This document shows, one piece after another, positions 30,209 to 42,021 of a stretch of 64,000 nucleotides of DNA. Each line of letters opens with the position of its first letter. Within the stretch, counting starts at the first letter, position 1. Location of the stretch: contig CAVOUE010000003.1 in the NCBI GenBank assembly GCA_963699545.1, positions 800,001 to 864,000 of the forward strand, written 5' to 3'. Both the position numbers and the translations under genes were made by a program. Source of the stretch: Nitrospirota bacterium (GTDB lineage Bacteria; Nitrospirota; Thermodesulfovibrionia; Thermodesulfovibrionales; UBA9159). Under the pieces are notes generated by a model. The model saw only the letters and a program-made list of their open reading frames with translations. It had not been told where the DNA came from and ran no database searches.

Positions 30209-30692
30209 ACAGTTCCTCCCCTTATTTTATGACAGGCGCCTGAATGCCTCGTCTCGTTGCGGCGTATTCTCTTCCGCATCTGATCCATGAATGCCGCACA
30301 CGGACAACCTGCATCAATGCCACAGAGTTCATTTTCTGCCCAAATGCAATCGCCATATCTCAGTCTAACAGCGGGACGTTCAGGACTGTATGATATGAAT
30401 CATAGGGAAAGAGGTGCCGACAACCGCATAATATATCTGTGGTCTTCCGGAGATGTACCGGAGACGCCTTCGGTATGAAAAAGGTCTTTTATGCGCTATA
30501 CTAGAAAGCAGGTAACGAGGCGGAGGCAGAAGATACAAAAAGAGGTGCCGCAAGCGAGGTGAACATGCCCTTCGACAGGAAAACGAATCTTTGTGCCCGG
30601 CCCGCGTGCGAGGAAAGCGCACTCCGCCTCATTTCAGTTCTGCATGAACCCGCTCTGGAGAAATTCATCAATCTGGCCGTTGGGGGTGCCGC

Positions 30693-33116
30693 ATGAAAGA
30701 GAAGATACCGGTGAGGGGAAAGAAGAAACTTCAATCCCCACATGAGCAACAGGGGCCCCTCAAGAAGTCAATCGAGCGGGAAGCTCTGGTGAAAGAATGC
30801 GATGTGGCAAGGAAAAAGTGCCGTGACGGCAGGAAGTTATATGAGAACATTCTTGACGGACTCACCTGCGGTGTCTGGGTGGCAGATGAAAATGACGTCA
30901 TCTATTATGCCAACAAGGGAATGGAGATGATCGCAGGGGTGACCAAACAGAAGCTCCGGGGGTACCGTGTTCTGGAGGATTCCTCTGAAAGCACCATAGA
31001 TTATTTCAGGCAGCATTACCGGGAAGCAAAAGAGACGCTCCGGCCGGTCTATTATTCGGAGGTTCCCGTTCTCACCCCTGCGGGAAGACAGACGTACCAG
31101 TCAGGGTGGCTGGTCCCGAGGACCTGCAACGAGCAATACTGCGGGATGATCTGTATCCTTGAAGACATCACCAATGAGAAGGAGATCAGGAAAGCCCTTC
31201 GGGAAAGCGAAGCAAAGTACGGGCAGCTTGTGGAGAACGTCAACAGCATCATCATGAGGCTGGACCTGGACGGCAACATAACGTTTATCAATGAGTTCGG
31301 GCAGCGGTTCTTCGGGTTCAGGCAAGATGAGATCATATGCAGGAATGTGGTGGGGACCATCGTTCCTGAAACGGACACGTCCCGGCGAAGCGTTCAGACC
31401 ATGCTGAGGAATATCGGAAAGTTCCCGAGCCGTTATGCCAACAAGGAACATGAAAATGTCCTCAAGAACGGGGAACGCGTCTGGATCGCCTGGACGAACA
31501 AGGCGATATATGATGAGAGCGGAAACGTCACCGAGATCCTCTGTGTCGGGAACGACATCAGCCAGCGCAAACACGGCGAGGCTTTGTTGAAGAAATGCCG
31601 CACCAATCTTGAAAAGGTGGTGAAGAAGCGGACCGTTGAATTAAAAAAGGCCAATGAAGCACTGAGGCAGGAGATCAGCGAACGGCAGTGGGCTGAAGAG
31701 ATCCTGCAGAGTTCTGAAAAGAAATACCGCCTTGTGGCCGAGAATGCCAACGAGGGGATCGTGATCAGCCAGGACGGATTCCTCAGGTATGTGAATCCCA
31801 AGGCAGTAAAGATCATCGGGTATTCCGAAGAGGAACTCACCTCGAGGCATTTCATCGAGTTCGTTCATCCCGATGACAGGGATTTCATGACGGAGCGGTA
31901 TCTGAGAAGGTTGAGGGGCGACAACCTGCCCAATGTCTATTCCTGCAGGATTATCGACAGGGAAGGCACGATAAAATGGGTGGAGATCAATGCGGTACTG
32001 ATCACCTGGCTGGGCAGGCCCGCCACCCTCACCTTCTTCAACAATATCACTGAGCGCCGGAATACCCTGGGGAGGCTGCGGCTTCTTGAATCGGCGATCC
32101 AGCAGGCGAACGATTCCATTGTCGTCACCGCCGCCGGCCACAACGCGGATGGTTCGAAGGTCGTCTTCGTCAATCAGGCCTTCACCAAGATGACGGGATA
32201 CTCAGCCGAGGAGGTAATAAACAATCCCTCCATCGTACAGCAGGGTACCATCACTGAACGCTCCGAGCTTTCCCCGGGGGATGCCTTCCGCATCGAGACC
32301 GAAACCGTGCACCGTGATGGAACACAATTCAACCTGGAATGGCAGATCGCGCCCATACGGGACGAGGACGGCAAGGTCACCCATTTCATCGTCATTCAGC
32401 GGGACATCACCGAGCGCAAGAAGGCGGAGGAAGAGGTGAAGGCATATCAGGAGCAGCTCAGATCCCTCGCATCGGAGCTGTCCCTGGCCGAGGAGAGGGA
32501 ACGGAGACGTATCGCAACGGACCTGCACGACCATATCGGCCAGACCCTTGCCATCACCAAGCTCAAACTGGGGGCGCTTCGGGATGCCCTTTCTTCAAGC
32601 GGCCATGGGGAACTCCTCTCGGACATATGGAAGCTCCTTGAGCAGACCATCAGGTACACAAAATCCCTGACCTTTGAGCTGAGCCCTCCCATCCTTTATG
32701 AACTGGGATTCGAGGCGACCATAGAGTGGCTCGGAGAGCAGGTTCAAAAGCAGCATGAGATCCTCTTTGAATTTGAAGACGACGGGATGCCCAAACCTCT
32801 TGACAAAGATGTGAGCATCCTCATGTTTCAGGCGGTGCGGGAATTGTTCATGAACGTGGTGAAGCATGCGCGGGCCCGGACGGTGAAGGTGGCTCTCCGG
32901 CGGATAAATGAAAAAATGGAGATCACCGTGGAAGACGACGGAGAGGGCTTCGATACTTCGAAGATTGAGGAGAACACGTTCGGTTTCTTCAGCATCCGCG
33001 AGAGGTTAAAGCATTTCGGAGGCACCTTTGTCATTGACACGGAACCCCGAGCCGGCACGCGCGTAGCTCTCACCGCGCCGGTCAAAGCAGATCAGACTGC
33101 CGAAGTGATGAAATGA
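30693..33116 (+). CDS. cytoplasmic multi-PAS sensor histidine kinase (HisKA_3)
   Basis: Four PAS/PAC units, ERERRRIATDLHDHIGQ H-box, NVVKHA and DDGEGF; no TM segments. Confidence 0.92.
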   Translation: MKEKIPVRGKKKLQSPHEQQGPLKKSIEREALVKECDVARKKCRDGRKLYENILDGLTCGVWVADENDVIYYANKGMEMIAGVTKQKLRGYRVLEDSSESTIDYFRQHYREAKETLRPVYYSEVPVLTPAGRQTYQSGWLVPRTCNEQYCGMICILEDITNEKEIRKALRESEAKYGQLVENVNSIIMRLDLDGNITFINEFGQRFFGFRQDEIICRNVVGTIVPETDTSRRSVQTMLRNIGKFPSRYANKEHENVLKNGERVWIAWTNKAIYDESGNVTEILCVGNDISQRKHGEALLKKCRTNLEKVVKKRTVELKKANEALRQEISERQWAEEILQSSEKKYRLVAENANEGIVISQDGFLRYVNPKAVKIIGYSEEELTSRHFIEFVHPDDRDFMTERYLRRLRGDNLPNVYSCRIIDREGTIKWVEINAVLITWLGRPATLTFFNNITERRNTLGRLRLLESAIQQANDSIVVTAAGHNADGSKVVFVNQAFTKMTGYSAEEVINNPSIVQQGTITERSELSPGDAFRIETETVHRDGTQFNLEWQIAPIRDEDGKVTHFIVIQRDITERKKAEEEVKAYQEQLRSLASELSLAEERERRRIATDLHDHIGQTLAITKLKLGALRDALSSSGHGELLSDIWKLLEQTIRYTKSLTFELSPPILYELGFEATIEWLGEQVQKQHEILFEFEDDGMPKPLDKDVSILMFQAVRELFMNVVKHARARTVKVALRRINEKMEITVEDDGEGFDTSKIEENTFGFFSIRERLKHFGGTFVIDTEPRAGTRVALTAPVKADQTAEVMK

Positions 33117-33760
33117 GCCTTAAGGTTCTTCTGGCGGATGACCATAAGATCGTGCGTGACGGCTTCCGGACGCTTCTCGCAAAGAACGCCGAAATAAAGG
33201 TTGTGGGCGAAACAGAAAACGGCAGGACCACCGTACAGCTCGCAAAAAAACTGGCACCTGATATCGTGATCATGGATGTGGCGATGCCCGATCTGAACGG
33301 CATAGAGGCCACCCGTCAGATCGTTGCTGAATGCCCGGGGGTCAGGGTGATCGCGGTCTCGATGCATTCGGACAGACGGTTTGTGTCGGAAATGCTGAAG
33401 GCCGGCGCATCGGCCTACCTGTCAAAAGATTATGCCTTTGACGAACTCGAAAACGCCATCCGTACCGTGGTTGCAAAAAAGGTCTATCTGAGCCCCGACA
33501 TCTCCGGCGTTGTCGTGGAAAGTTACGTGCGCCGGACGCCGAACCCTGAATCCTCTGCTTTCTCCCTCCTTTCGGACAGGGAGCGCGAGGTGCTCCAGCT
33601 TCTTGCTGAAGGCAAGACGGCAAAGGAGATCGCCACTCAGCTTCACGTGAGCATCAAGACCGTCGAGACTCACCGCACGAATATCATGACCAAACTCAAT
33701 ATCCACCGGCTTGCCGAACTGACGAAGTATGCCATCCGCGAAGGTCTGACCCCGCTTTAA
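33113..33760 (+). CDS. NarL/LuxR-family response regulator
   Basis: LADDH, IMDVAMPDLNG and LSDREREVLQLLAEG...KTVETHRTNIMTKL. Confidence 0.93.
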   Translation: MSLKVLLADDHKIVRDGFRTLLAKNAEIKVVGETENGRTTVQLAKKLAPDIVIMDVAMPDLNGIEATRQIVAECPGVRVIAVSMHSDRRFVSEMLKAGASAYLSKDYAFDELENAIRTVVAKKVYLSPDISGVVVESYVRRTPNPESSAFSLLSDREREVLQLLAEGKTAKEIATQLHVSIKTVETHRTNIMTKLNIHRLAELTKYAIREGLTPL

Positions 33761-34219
33761 ATGGGATGATCCCGCTCTTTCATCGCTTCTCACCTGCCTT
33801 ATCCATACGCTTTTTTCGGTACGAGGCTCCCCCGCTCCGGGGCAAGATACCATAGCCCCCTCTCCCTTTTTCTCTCAGCAGCACCTGATGGGCGTCTGTG
33901 AAAGGTGAATGCATGCGGCCTTATGGCCTGCCGCACCGATAACCCCGGGTATCATGCCTCAAACCGGGCAAGCCTCTCGATACTTCGCCTTTCTGAACAG
34001 TCCCGCCTAAAAATCTTCATCTTTTCATCCTTTTCCGGCAGCGCGGTAGGGTCTTTTTCGGATAAAAATAAGGTGAAACCCCGATTGTTTCCCTGCAACG
34101 GTAACGGAATAATAAAACATGGGCTGCATCTCATACGAGCATGGCCGGAACGGACAGGAAAGAAAGCAGCGGGGAAAAAGCAGATCTCGGGTAAATCGTA
34201 TAAAGGAGGAAGGAGAGAT

Positions 34220-35269
34220 ATGTCAGCGAACATGACACCAAAGGAAAGAGTTTTGAAATTTTTGAAAGGCGAAAAGGTTGACCGTCTGCCGATCTTCAGC
34301 GGCATGGGTAATGTGATTAAGCCGGTGCTTGATAAATCCGGGATCGTCTTCTCAAGGGTCCACAGGGATTCAGAGCTCATGGCAAAAGCAGCGGCCGGCA
34401 TGTACCGGGATTTCGGGTACGAATGCGCAGTGGTCCCCTTCGACCTCGGCGTTGAGGCCGAGGCTCTTGGAGCAAAAATGAATTTTTATGATGACGTGGA
34501 AGGGCTTCTCTACCCAACGATCAAGGAGAAGTCGGTGAAGGAAGTCGATGACATCCACATCCCCGCCGACCTTGCACATGCGGGGAGGATCCCGATCGTG
34601 ACCGGCGCGATCAAGGCCCTTCGCAGAGAACTCGGTAACGATGTGGCCATCGGGACCTATGTCCTCGGGCCTTTTACCCTTGCCGGGCAGGTGAAGGAAC
34701 TGGACGAACTTTTTGAGGAATCATTTATCGAACCCGAGAAGACGGATAAGTTGCTCGCAAAGCTTTCCGAGTTCATTATACAGGTCTTTCGGATTTACCG
34801 TGACGCCGGGGCCGACTATTTTACCCTCCGCGAAATGGGCGGGACGTCGGACGTGATGAGTCCCAAAAGCTTCAAGAGCCTCATCAAGCCGCACCTCATC
34901 AGAATTCACTCGGAGATGCCGCGCCCCAGTATCCTCCATATCTGCGGAGATACCAACTCCATCGTCACCGACATGGCGGAGTGCGGAGCTGACGCTATAA
35001 GCGTTGACCAGAAGAACCGTCTGGCCGAGACCAGGGAGAAGCTGGGCCCCGACGTGATCATCCTTGGTAACTTTGACCCTATCAAGGTCCTCCATAAGGG
35101 GGAGGTGAAGGATGTCGGACCTGCGGTGCTGGAGCCCATCGAGGCGGGGGCAAGTGCGGTCTGGCCGGGCTGCGACCTCTGGCCTGAGGTGCCGAAAGAA
35201 AACATGGAAGCGCTGATGACAGCCCTTAAGTCTGTGAAACCTCTCACCGGCCAGAAAGTCTCACGATGA
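34220..35269 (+). CDS. MtaA/CmuA (UroD-superfamily) methyltransferase
   Basis: Strong SD; MTPKERV, VVPFDLGVEAEALG, GPFTLA, ILHICGD and WPGCDL. Confidence 0.88.
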   Translation: MSANMTPKERVLKFLKGEKVDRLPIFSGMGNVIKPVLDKSGIVFSRVHRDSELMAKAAAGMYRDFGYECAVVPFDLGVEAEALGAKMNFYDDVEGLLYPTIKEKSVKEVDDIHIPADLAHAGRIPIVTGAIKALRRELGNDVAIGTYVLGPFTLAGQVKELDELFEESFIEPEKTDKLLAKLSEFIIQVFRIYRDAGADYFTLREMGGTSDVMSPKSFKSLIKPHLIRIHSEMPRPSILHICGDTNSIVTDMAECGADAISVDQKNRLAETREKLGPDVIILGNFDPIKVLHKGEVKDVGPAVLEPIEAGASAVWPGCDLWPEVPKENMEALMTALKSVKPLTGQKVSR

Positions 35270-35928
35270 AGCTTGTCCAGGTGGCGGGATGGCTCGGCTC
35301 CGGAAAGACGACGCTGATCATTGCGCTGAGCAAGGCGCTTTCAGCGAAGGGTTCCAGGGTTGCCATACTGGTGAATGAGGTTGGCGCCATCCCTGTGGAT
35401 GGCAAGGTGATCCAGGAATACGGCCTCACCGTGAAGGATATCGGCGGCGGGTGCATCTGCTGCCAGGTTGCAGGGAACCTGATGAAGACGCTGCGACTGC
35501 TTTCAGAAGGGCCCAAGCCGGATATGGTCATTGTCGAGCCCACCGGCATCGCGGTCCCGAGTTCGATCAAGGCAACGATCCTTTCAGGGGCTCATAAGCA
35601 GGACATATCCATGGGCCCTACGATTGTCCTTTTTGATACCACCCGGGAAGAGAAACTGCTGACCTACGAATCATTGAAAAGGCTTGTGAGCACCCAGTTA
35701 AAGGATGCCGATATCATAGCCCTCAGCAAGGTCGATATGGTTTCTGATGAGGCTCTCGCCCATGCCGGTGAAGCGGTCCGCCTTATCAATCCCGGTGCGC
35801 AGATTGTCCATCTCTCCACGGTAACGGGGGATGGACTGGAAACTCTTGTTCAAGTGACAGCGGAGATGACGGTGCGGTATGAGTATGAAGGAGCGTCTCA
35901 GAGTGGTAGCCCCGAGCCCGCTGCATGA
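35266..35928 (+). CDS. CobW/HypB/UreG-family (G3E) GTPase metallochaperone
   Basis: GWLGSGKTT, VNEVG, GGCICC, IVEPTG and SKVD. Confidence 0.88.
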   Translation: MKLVQVAGWLGSGKTTLIIALSKALSAKGSRVAILVNEVGAIPVDGKVIQEYGLTVKDIGGGCICCQVAGNLMKTLRLLSEGPKPDMVIVEPTGIAVPSSIKATILSGAHKQDISMGPTIVLFDTTREEKLLTYESLKRLVSTQLKDADIIALSKVDMVSDEALAHAGEAVRLINPGAQIVHLSTVTGDGLETLVQVTAEMTVRYEYEGASQSGSPEPAA

Positions 35929-36316
35929 GGAGATAAAGGCCTATGCGGTGAGTTGTTCCCTGTCAAGTGAGAAGGAGATAGAGAGTGCAGAACTCAGGAA
36001 GTTTGCGGCAGAACTGATGAAGTCTATCTCAGACGCCTGTATGAAGCGGGGAGCGAAGGTGATAGGCCACATCAAGGGGTATCTCGAACATGATTCAGGG
36101 TTTCTCCACGCAAATACCGTGGGTGAATCCGCTGATGTAACGGTCAATGGCAGGGACGGTGACCCCGTCAGGCGCTTCAGGCTCGTCGTGAATTCAGTAA
36201 TTTACGGCCTTGCCGCTGAGAACTTATCGGACGGGCAACGGAAGAATCGCTTGAGGCCGTATCATTCAGAGTTCGGTTTGACAAGAGATCAACGGTCAGA
36301 CAAGAACGACTGCTGA
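35885..36316 (+). CDS. hypothetical partner of the CobW-like GTPase (IGHIK motif; probable C-terminal frameshift)
   Basis: [10 protein letters not shown] and [10 protein letters not shown]; coupled to the GTPase gene. Confidence 0.6.
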   Translation: MKERLRVVAPSPLHEEIKAYAVSCSLSSEKEIESAELRKFAAELMKSISDACMKRGAKVIGHIKGYLEHDSGFLHANTVGESADVTVNGRDGDPVRRFRLVVNSVIYGLAAENLSDGQRKNRLRPYHSEFGLTRDQRSDKNDC

Positions 36317-36338
36317 TAATAGAGAGAGGAGAAAAGCC

Positions 36339-37172
36339 ATGGAAGAGACGATGCATCAAAAAGCCTTCGAAGATTGATATGCAGGATTACAGGATAGAGA
36401 AAGAGCCCTTTTATCTGCCCATCAAGGATGAGGTCGAACTCTTCAGGATTGCATACGAGAACAAGTTGCCGTTGATGCTGAAAGGCCCTACGGGGTGCGG
36501 GAAGACGAGGTTTCTCTCCTATATGGCCTATCAATTGAGCCTTCCCCTTATCACCGTCGCATGTCATGAGGACCTCACCGCCAGCGACCTTGTGGGCCGA
36601 TATCTCCTTGACGGCGGGTCGACACGCTGGCAGGACGGACCCCTGACCCTCGCGGTGCGCTATGGCGGGATATGCTATCTTGACGAGGTCGTGGAGGCAA
36701 GTAAGGATACCACCGTTGTCATCCATCCCCTCACCGATGACCGGAGCGATACTTCCCATCGAGAAACGGGGCCAGATCCTGGAGGCCACTGATTCCTTTA
36801 TGATCGCCATTTCCTACAATCCCGGGTATCAGACCGTGCTCAAGGACCTGAAGCAGAGCACGAAGCAACGGTTCATCACGCTGGACTTCGAATATCCGCC
36901 CGCAAGCATCGAGGAGGAGATCGTGGTCCGTGAGAGCGGAGTTGACCCGAAGAGCGCCCGGGACCTCAGAAAGGTCGCCGAGAAGATCCGCGGGCTGAAA
37001 GACAGGGGTCTTGATGAAGGAGTGAGCACAAGACTTCTCATTTATGCAGGGGTGCTGATCAAAAGAGGGGTACGAGCCACGGAGGGCCTGTACGGTCGCC
37101 CTCATCAAACCGATCACCGACGATCCCGAGATCCAGAAGACCCTCGAAGAGATCGTCTCGGCAGTGGTATGA
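36339..37172 (+). CDS. CbbQ/NirQ/NorQ-family MoxR AAA+ ATPase (frameshifted)
   Basis: [64 protein letters not shown] and STRLLIYA. Confidence 0.9.
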
Positions 37173-39873
37173 ATACCCTTTCGCACGAGACATCTCTGCT
37201 GGATGGGCTCGTGAGATCCCTTGCGGAAACGCTGGGACACGGGGAACTCGTTGAGGAAGCCTGCGGAAGGATGGCATCGCTCCTGGATGAGGAGGGGATG
37301 CTTGTCTACTTCCGGCTTGTGGATGAGTTTATCTCCCTTGACCGGTCGCTCGCCCTCTCCTTTCTCCAGAGAGGGGCAAAGACGCTTGAGACATTGAAGG
37401 ACCCGACGGTCAGGAAGGGTGTCCTGGAGGCGATCCTCGGCATGGGGAGATCGAAGTGGAGTGTCGTGGAACACGCTTACAGGATGCTGCCTCACTTTGC
37501 CGGAGCAGAGGGGGAGACAGTGGTGAAATGGCTGCACCACGGCAACGTCGCTTGCGGGGATCGATCAGGATGTGGCGATCCAGTATTTCGACGCGAGCTT
37601 GGTGATGTTCGAAGAACTCGGCCCTGCGCAGTTTGAAGTGTGGGCCTCCCTCGGACAGGAGATGGCAGGAAGATCCTGGAAGGCGGCAAAGGAGTACTTT
37701 AAATCGAGCCCTGAAGTGATGAAGAAGATAGACCGCTGCGATCTCGAACGCTGGGCCCGGCTAGGGCTCTATCTTGTCGAAAAAAGCCCGAAGATCAAGG
37801 CCAGCTATAATGCGCACAGCATGCTCGCCGCCGGCGCAGGCGCGGGCAAGTCAAAGAAGGTGGAACTGGCGGTGCAGTACTTCAAGTCGGCCCCCCAGAT
37901 CCTCGGACGTCTTTCCATCCATGACCTCGAGGAATGGGTGGAGAAGGGCCTCGAGACGGCCGACACGACCGGGGACAAGGGCAGGTCGTTTTTCTCCCTC
38001 CAGACAGGGTCGAGCCGGACTGCCGTAGAAAATCTCGTGAAGGGTCTTGAGCTGAAGGACATCCATACGATCCTTGGCTCCTATGCCGAGGCCCTTATCG
38101 GGAGGAAGCTCCAGCTCCGTTCCTCTTCGATGTTCTACAAGAACCTCCCTGGCCTGAGCAGCTTCTTTTCGGTGACTGACGGGACGAGGATATTTCTTCC
38201 TTCCCGGATAGAGACTCTTCGGCGACGAAGACCTGAATTTCAAGACCTACAAATGGATGCTTACCCATGAGCTTGGGCACCTCCTCTTCGGGACATACTC
38301 CCTCGGGAAGGAGGAACTCGGGAGGCTTGTCAGGAATTCGGGAATCCGACCCATGCATTCAGGATCTTCGAATTCCTCGAAGACGAGCGCATCGACAATA
38401 TTCTCGGAGTCCAGTATCCAGGACTCGCGAAGGACAGGACAACCATCGTGGACGCCTTCTTTGCCATGAAGGGCGGCCTTGGGATAAAGAGGTCTCTCTT
38501 CGAATCCCTGAGCTACAGGATGTCAGAGGCCTTTGGAGATTCAGGGGGCCCTGAGTCCAGGCTGTCCCTTTTGCTCAAGGAGGCGCTCAGCAAGGTCATT
38601 GCCCCGGATGCTCGGTGCATGACGTGTTGAGTCTCGCGAAGCGAACATACACTGCCTTGAACGGGGAGTCTTCATGCGAAGTATGCGAGAACCGCGAGGC
38701 CCCTGACCGCATCTTTTACCGGGGGATCATCGATTTCGAGCTGGTCGAAAACGCCCGTGCCGGCATGTCGAGGCTTGTGACCGACCTCGTTGAGCGGTTC
38801 GGGGAGAAGAAGGTCGAGATGACCCCGGACTCTGTGGAGGCGGCCCTCACGCGTATCGAGGAGGGGTTCCCCGTGGACTCGGAGGAACTCCTCTGGCAGG
38901 TCACCGGCGGCGAACAGATGAACGAGCTTTTCGACCAGATGCAGGCCGTGATCGCCGACATGGAGACTGAAAAGCGCTTCCGGAGGACCGTACACTATGA
39001 CGAGTGGGACATGAAGCTCGACGACTACAGGAAGGACTGGTGCAGGGTGCGCGAGATAGACATGCCCGAGACGAACGCCTGTTTCTACCATCAGACAATC
39101 GAGGACAACTACGGTATCGTGAGCCTCCTGAGGAGGTACTTCGGTCTCCTCAGGCCGGACCGGATAAAGCGGTTTTTCGGGAGGAACGGGGCGATGATAT
39201 TGATTTCGATGCCCTGATCGAATCGGTTGTCGACCGCCATGCGGGCATTACCCCTTCCGACAGGGTGTATATCAGGCGCGAAAAGAACCTCCGAGATGTC
39301 TCGGTCGCCTTCCTCGTCGACATGAGCTATTCAACCGGCGATGAACTCCCCTCGGGCAAGCGGATCGTCGACGTCGAGCGGGAGGGCCTGGTGCTCATGG
39401 CGGAAGCCCTCGAGAGCATCGGCGACCAGTGGGCGGTCTATGGCTTCTCTTCCAACTACCGCGACAAGGTCGACTTCTTTGTGGTGCGTGACTTCGGTGA
39501 ACCGTTCTCACGACAAGTGAAGATGCGCTTTGAGAATATCAAGCCTATTGCACAGACGAGGCTTGGCGCTGCCATACGCCATGCCAACAGCCTTCTTGCC
39601 CGACAGCCTTCACGGATCCGGCTCCTGATCCTTCTGTCTGACGGGAGGCCGTACGACATCGACTACGGTGATGCTGATTACGCAGTGGAGGATACGCGGA
39701 GAGCCCTGTGGGAAGGCAGGAGGAAGGGAGTAAGTTCCTTTTGCATCACTGTCGACAAAAAGAGCCGTGACTATCTCCCCTACATGTACGGGGAGTCGAA
39801 CTACACGCTCATCGACAACATCGAGACCATGCCCGCAAGGCTCCCGTTAATTTATAAACGGCTTACGACCTAA
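37169..39873 (+). CDS. NorD/CbbO-like VWA domain protein with long N-terminal region (frameshifted)
   Basis: ATGA coupling. [20 protein letters not shown]...[36 protein letters not shown] and [10 protein letters not shown]. Confidence 0.85.
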
Positions 39874-39887
39874 GAAAGGAGGTAACG

Positions 39888-40130
39888 ATGGAAGTGTGTG
39901 GCAAGTGTGGAAGACCGGCAGATTTTATCTGCCCGGATTGCGGGACCAAGGCCTGCAAGGCGCATATGGAGCTGCGTTACACGGGGCCTGACCGTGGGTT
40001 CAAGTCCCGCTACATGTGTCCCGTATGCTGGAAAGTGAAGAGGGTGATGCTCAACGAGAACATGCTCAGGGCGCGGCAGTATCACAAGAAGATATATGTC
40101 GTGAATCCCTACTCGAAGCTGATCAGGTGA
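39888..40130 (+). CDS. small zinc-finger-like protein
   Basis: SD AAAGGAGGT; CGKC, CPDC, C..H and CPVC. Confidence 0.75.
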   Translation: MEVCGKCGRPADFICPDCGTKACKAHMELRYTGPDRGFKSRYMCPVCWKVKRVMLNENMLRARQYHKKIYVVNPYSKLIR

Positions 40131-40146
40131 CAGCAGGGACCGGAAA

Positions 40147-40803
40147 ATGGGAAAGAACACCGTTACGGAAAAGATCAGACAGATCGTCGCAGCCGCCGTT
40201 GAAAAGGGTGCGTACCGGGCAAAGGCGTTCTCTGCAAGGCTCGTGGTGGTTGACGAACGGGTCAGGCTCAAATGCCAGATACCCCTTTGCCCCCATTTCG
40301 GCACGACCCTCACTTGCCCTCCCAATGTTCCGACTGTGGAGGAGTTCAGTAAGGCATTGCAGCGATACCGTAAGGCTGTCCTCGTCCAGATGAGAAGTCC
40401 CATCACCATGAAGATGGAAGAGGTCGACCGGGAGGAAGCGTTGCGATTTATCGAAGGACATGGGAGGGCTGAACAGGGAAAAGGAGGTGAAAAGACAGAA
40501 GCGGCGAAGAACTTTGACGATATGAAACTGGCTGCGGTGCGGCTTCATAAGCTCGTGAACGATGTGGAAGGCATGGCCATGTCTCTGGGGTTTCCCTATG
40601 CGCTCGGTCTCATCGGCGGCGAGTGCATGCTCTGCAGCTCCTGCATCGGCCCCGGGAGCGCATGTAGGCGTCCGTATCAGGCAAGGCCTTCGATGGAAGG
40701 GGTCGGGATTGATGTCATACAGACGAGCATCCAGTGCGGGGCTCCCCTTTGATATGCCGCCGAAACGGAGATCGTCTGGAGTGGCCTGGTCCTGATCGAT
40801 TAG
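40147..40803 (+). CDS. DUF2284 metal-binding protein (C-terminal frameshift)
   Basis: VDERVRLKCQIPLCPHFG..LTCPP, GGECMLC..C and ARPSMEGVGIDV. Confidence 0.85.
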
Positions 40804-40877
40804 GGAAAGAGAGAATGCCTGCTTTCGTGTCCCGGAAGAGGAAGTGCAAGAACAAGTACAGTACCGAGGAGGTAACA

Positions 40878-41956
40878 ATGGCAGAACAGAGGAAATGACG
40901 AGTCTTGAAAGGGTAGCAGCCGCCCTCAGTTCAAGGAAGCCTGACAGGGTGCCTGCTGCGCCGCTGGTATGCGGCGCGACACACCGTGTTGCAGGGTTGA
41001 CGTACGGTGAGTGGTCACAGTGCACTGATGTCGATGCCATGGTCCGCGGCCATGTGGATGCACTGGAGCTGATCGGCCATGACGGCGTCGTGATGCTCGT
41101 TGATCTGTCCGTGGAGGCGCATGCCTTCGGGCTGTGAGGTCATTGTTCCCGGAATCGAACACCGCTCACCCGAATTACGATGACCCTTATCATCAAGAGC
41201 GACAGCGGATTACAAGAAGATTCAGAAGATCAATCCGCAGGAAAATCGAGAGAATGAAGGGCGTTATCGACATGACGGCGGGTCTGTCAAAAGAGATCGG
41301 CAAGACCCATGCGATCGTCGGGTTTGTATACGGTTCCCTCGGGGTTCTGAGCATGATGCGCGGACCCGGAGGCCTTCTTCATGGACCTTATGGAGCACCC
41401 CGACGAGGTCGTGGAGGCCATTCGGTATCATGGACGAGGCGCTCATCGAGTATGCCGTGGCCCAGGCCGAGGCGGGAGCACATTCGGTCTGCTATGACCA
41501 TCTCTACGCCTCCCAGAGCATTCTGAGCAAGGAACTTTGGGAGAAGTTCGAAGGGCCGTCGGTCAAGAAGGTCATGCGATGCGATTCGCAAGGCAGGGCG
41601 CCTTCGTGAGCTTCCACAACTGCGGCAACGGCATCTACTTCGATATGACCGAGAAATGGGGCAATCCCATGGCCATCTCCCACGCCTACGTTGCCGACGA
41701 CGTGGACAGCTGGGAAGAGCACAAGGCCAAGTGGGGGAAGCAAGATCGCCACCATCGGCTGGATCCCGCCGGGACCGGTGGCGATGCTCGGCACGCCCGA
41801 GGAGATCGAGGAGGAATGCAAGGCCGAGATGGAGATCTTCGCGCAAGGGCGGAGGATTCATCCTTTCCACGGGATGCGAGTATCGGCCCGAACGCGCCGC
41901 TCCGGAACGCAAAGAGGATCGTGGAGGCGTCCAAGAAGTACGGCGTGTACAAGTAA
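40878..41956 (+). CDS. UroD/MtaA-family methyltransferase (frameshifted)
   Basis: MTSLERV...KPDRVPAAPL, DLSVEAHAFG, SFHNCGN and GGFILSTGCE. Confidence 0.8.
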
Positions 41957-42021
41957 CGGTATGACAAGGACCGTCTTCAGGAGGGGCAACGGGAACAAAC
42001 TCTGAACTGAGGCAATACACG

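Noticed and set aside
36662-37636. 324-aa ORF joining the CbbQ C-terminus and the VWA-protein N-terminus
   Set aside because: Frameshift artefact; the genes separate at ATGA 37169-37172.
23106-41956. UroD-family genes as haem-pathway hemE
   Set aside because: They lack the RQAGR motif, carry the HxC..GC Zn motif, and sit with corrinoid and RACo genes.
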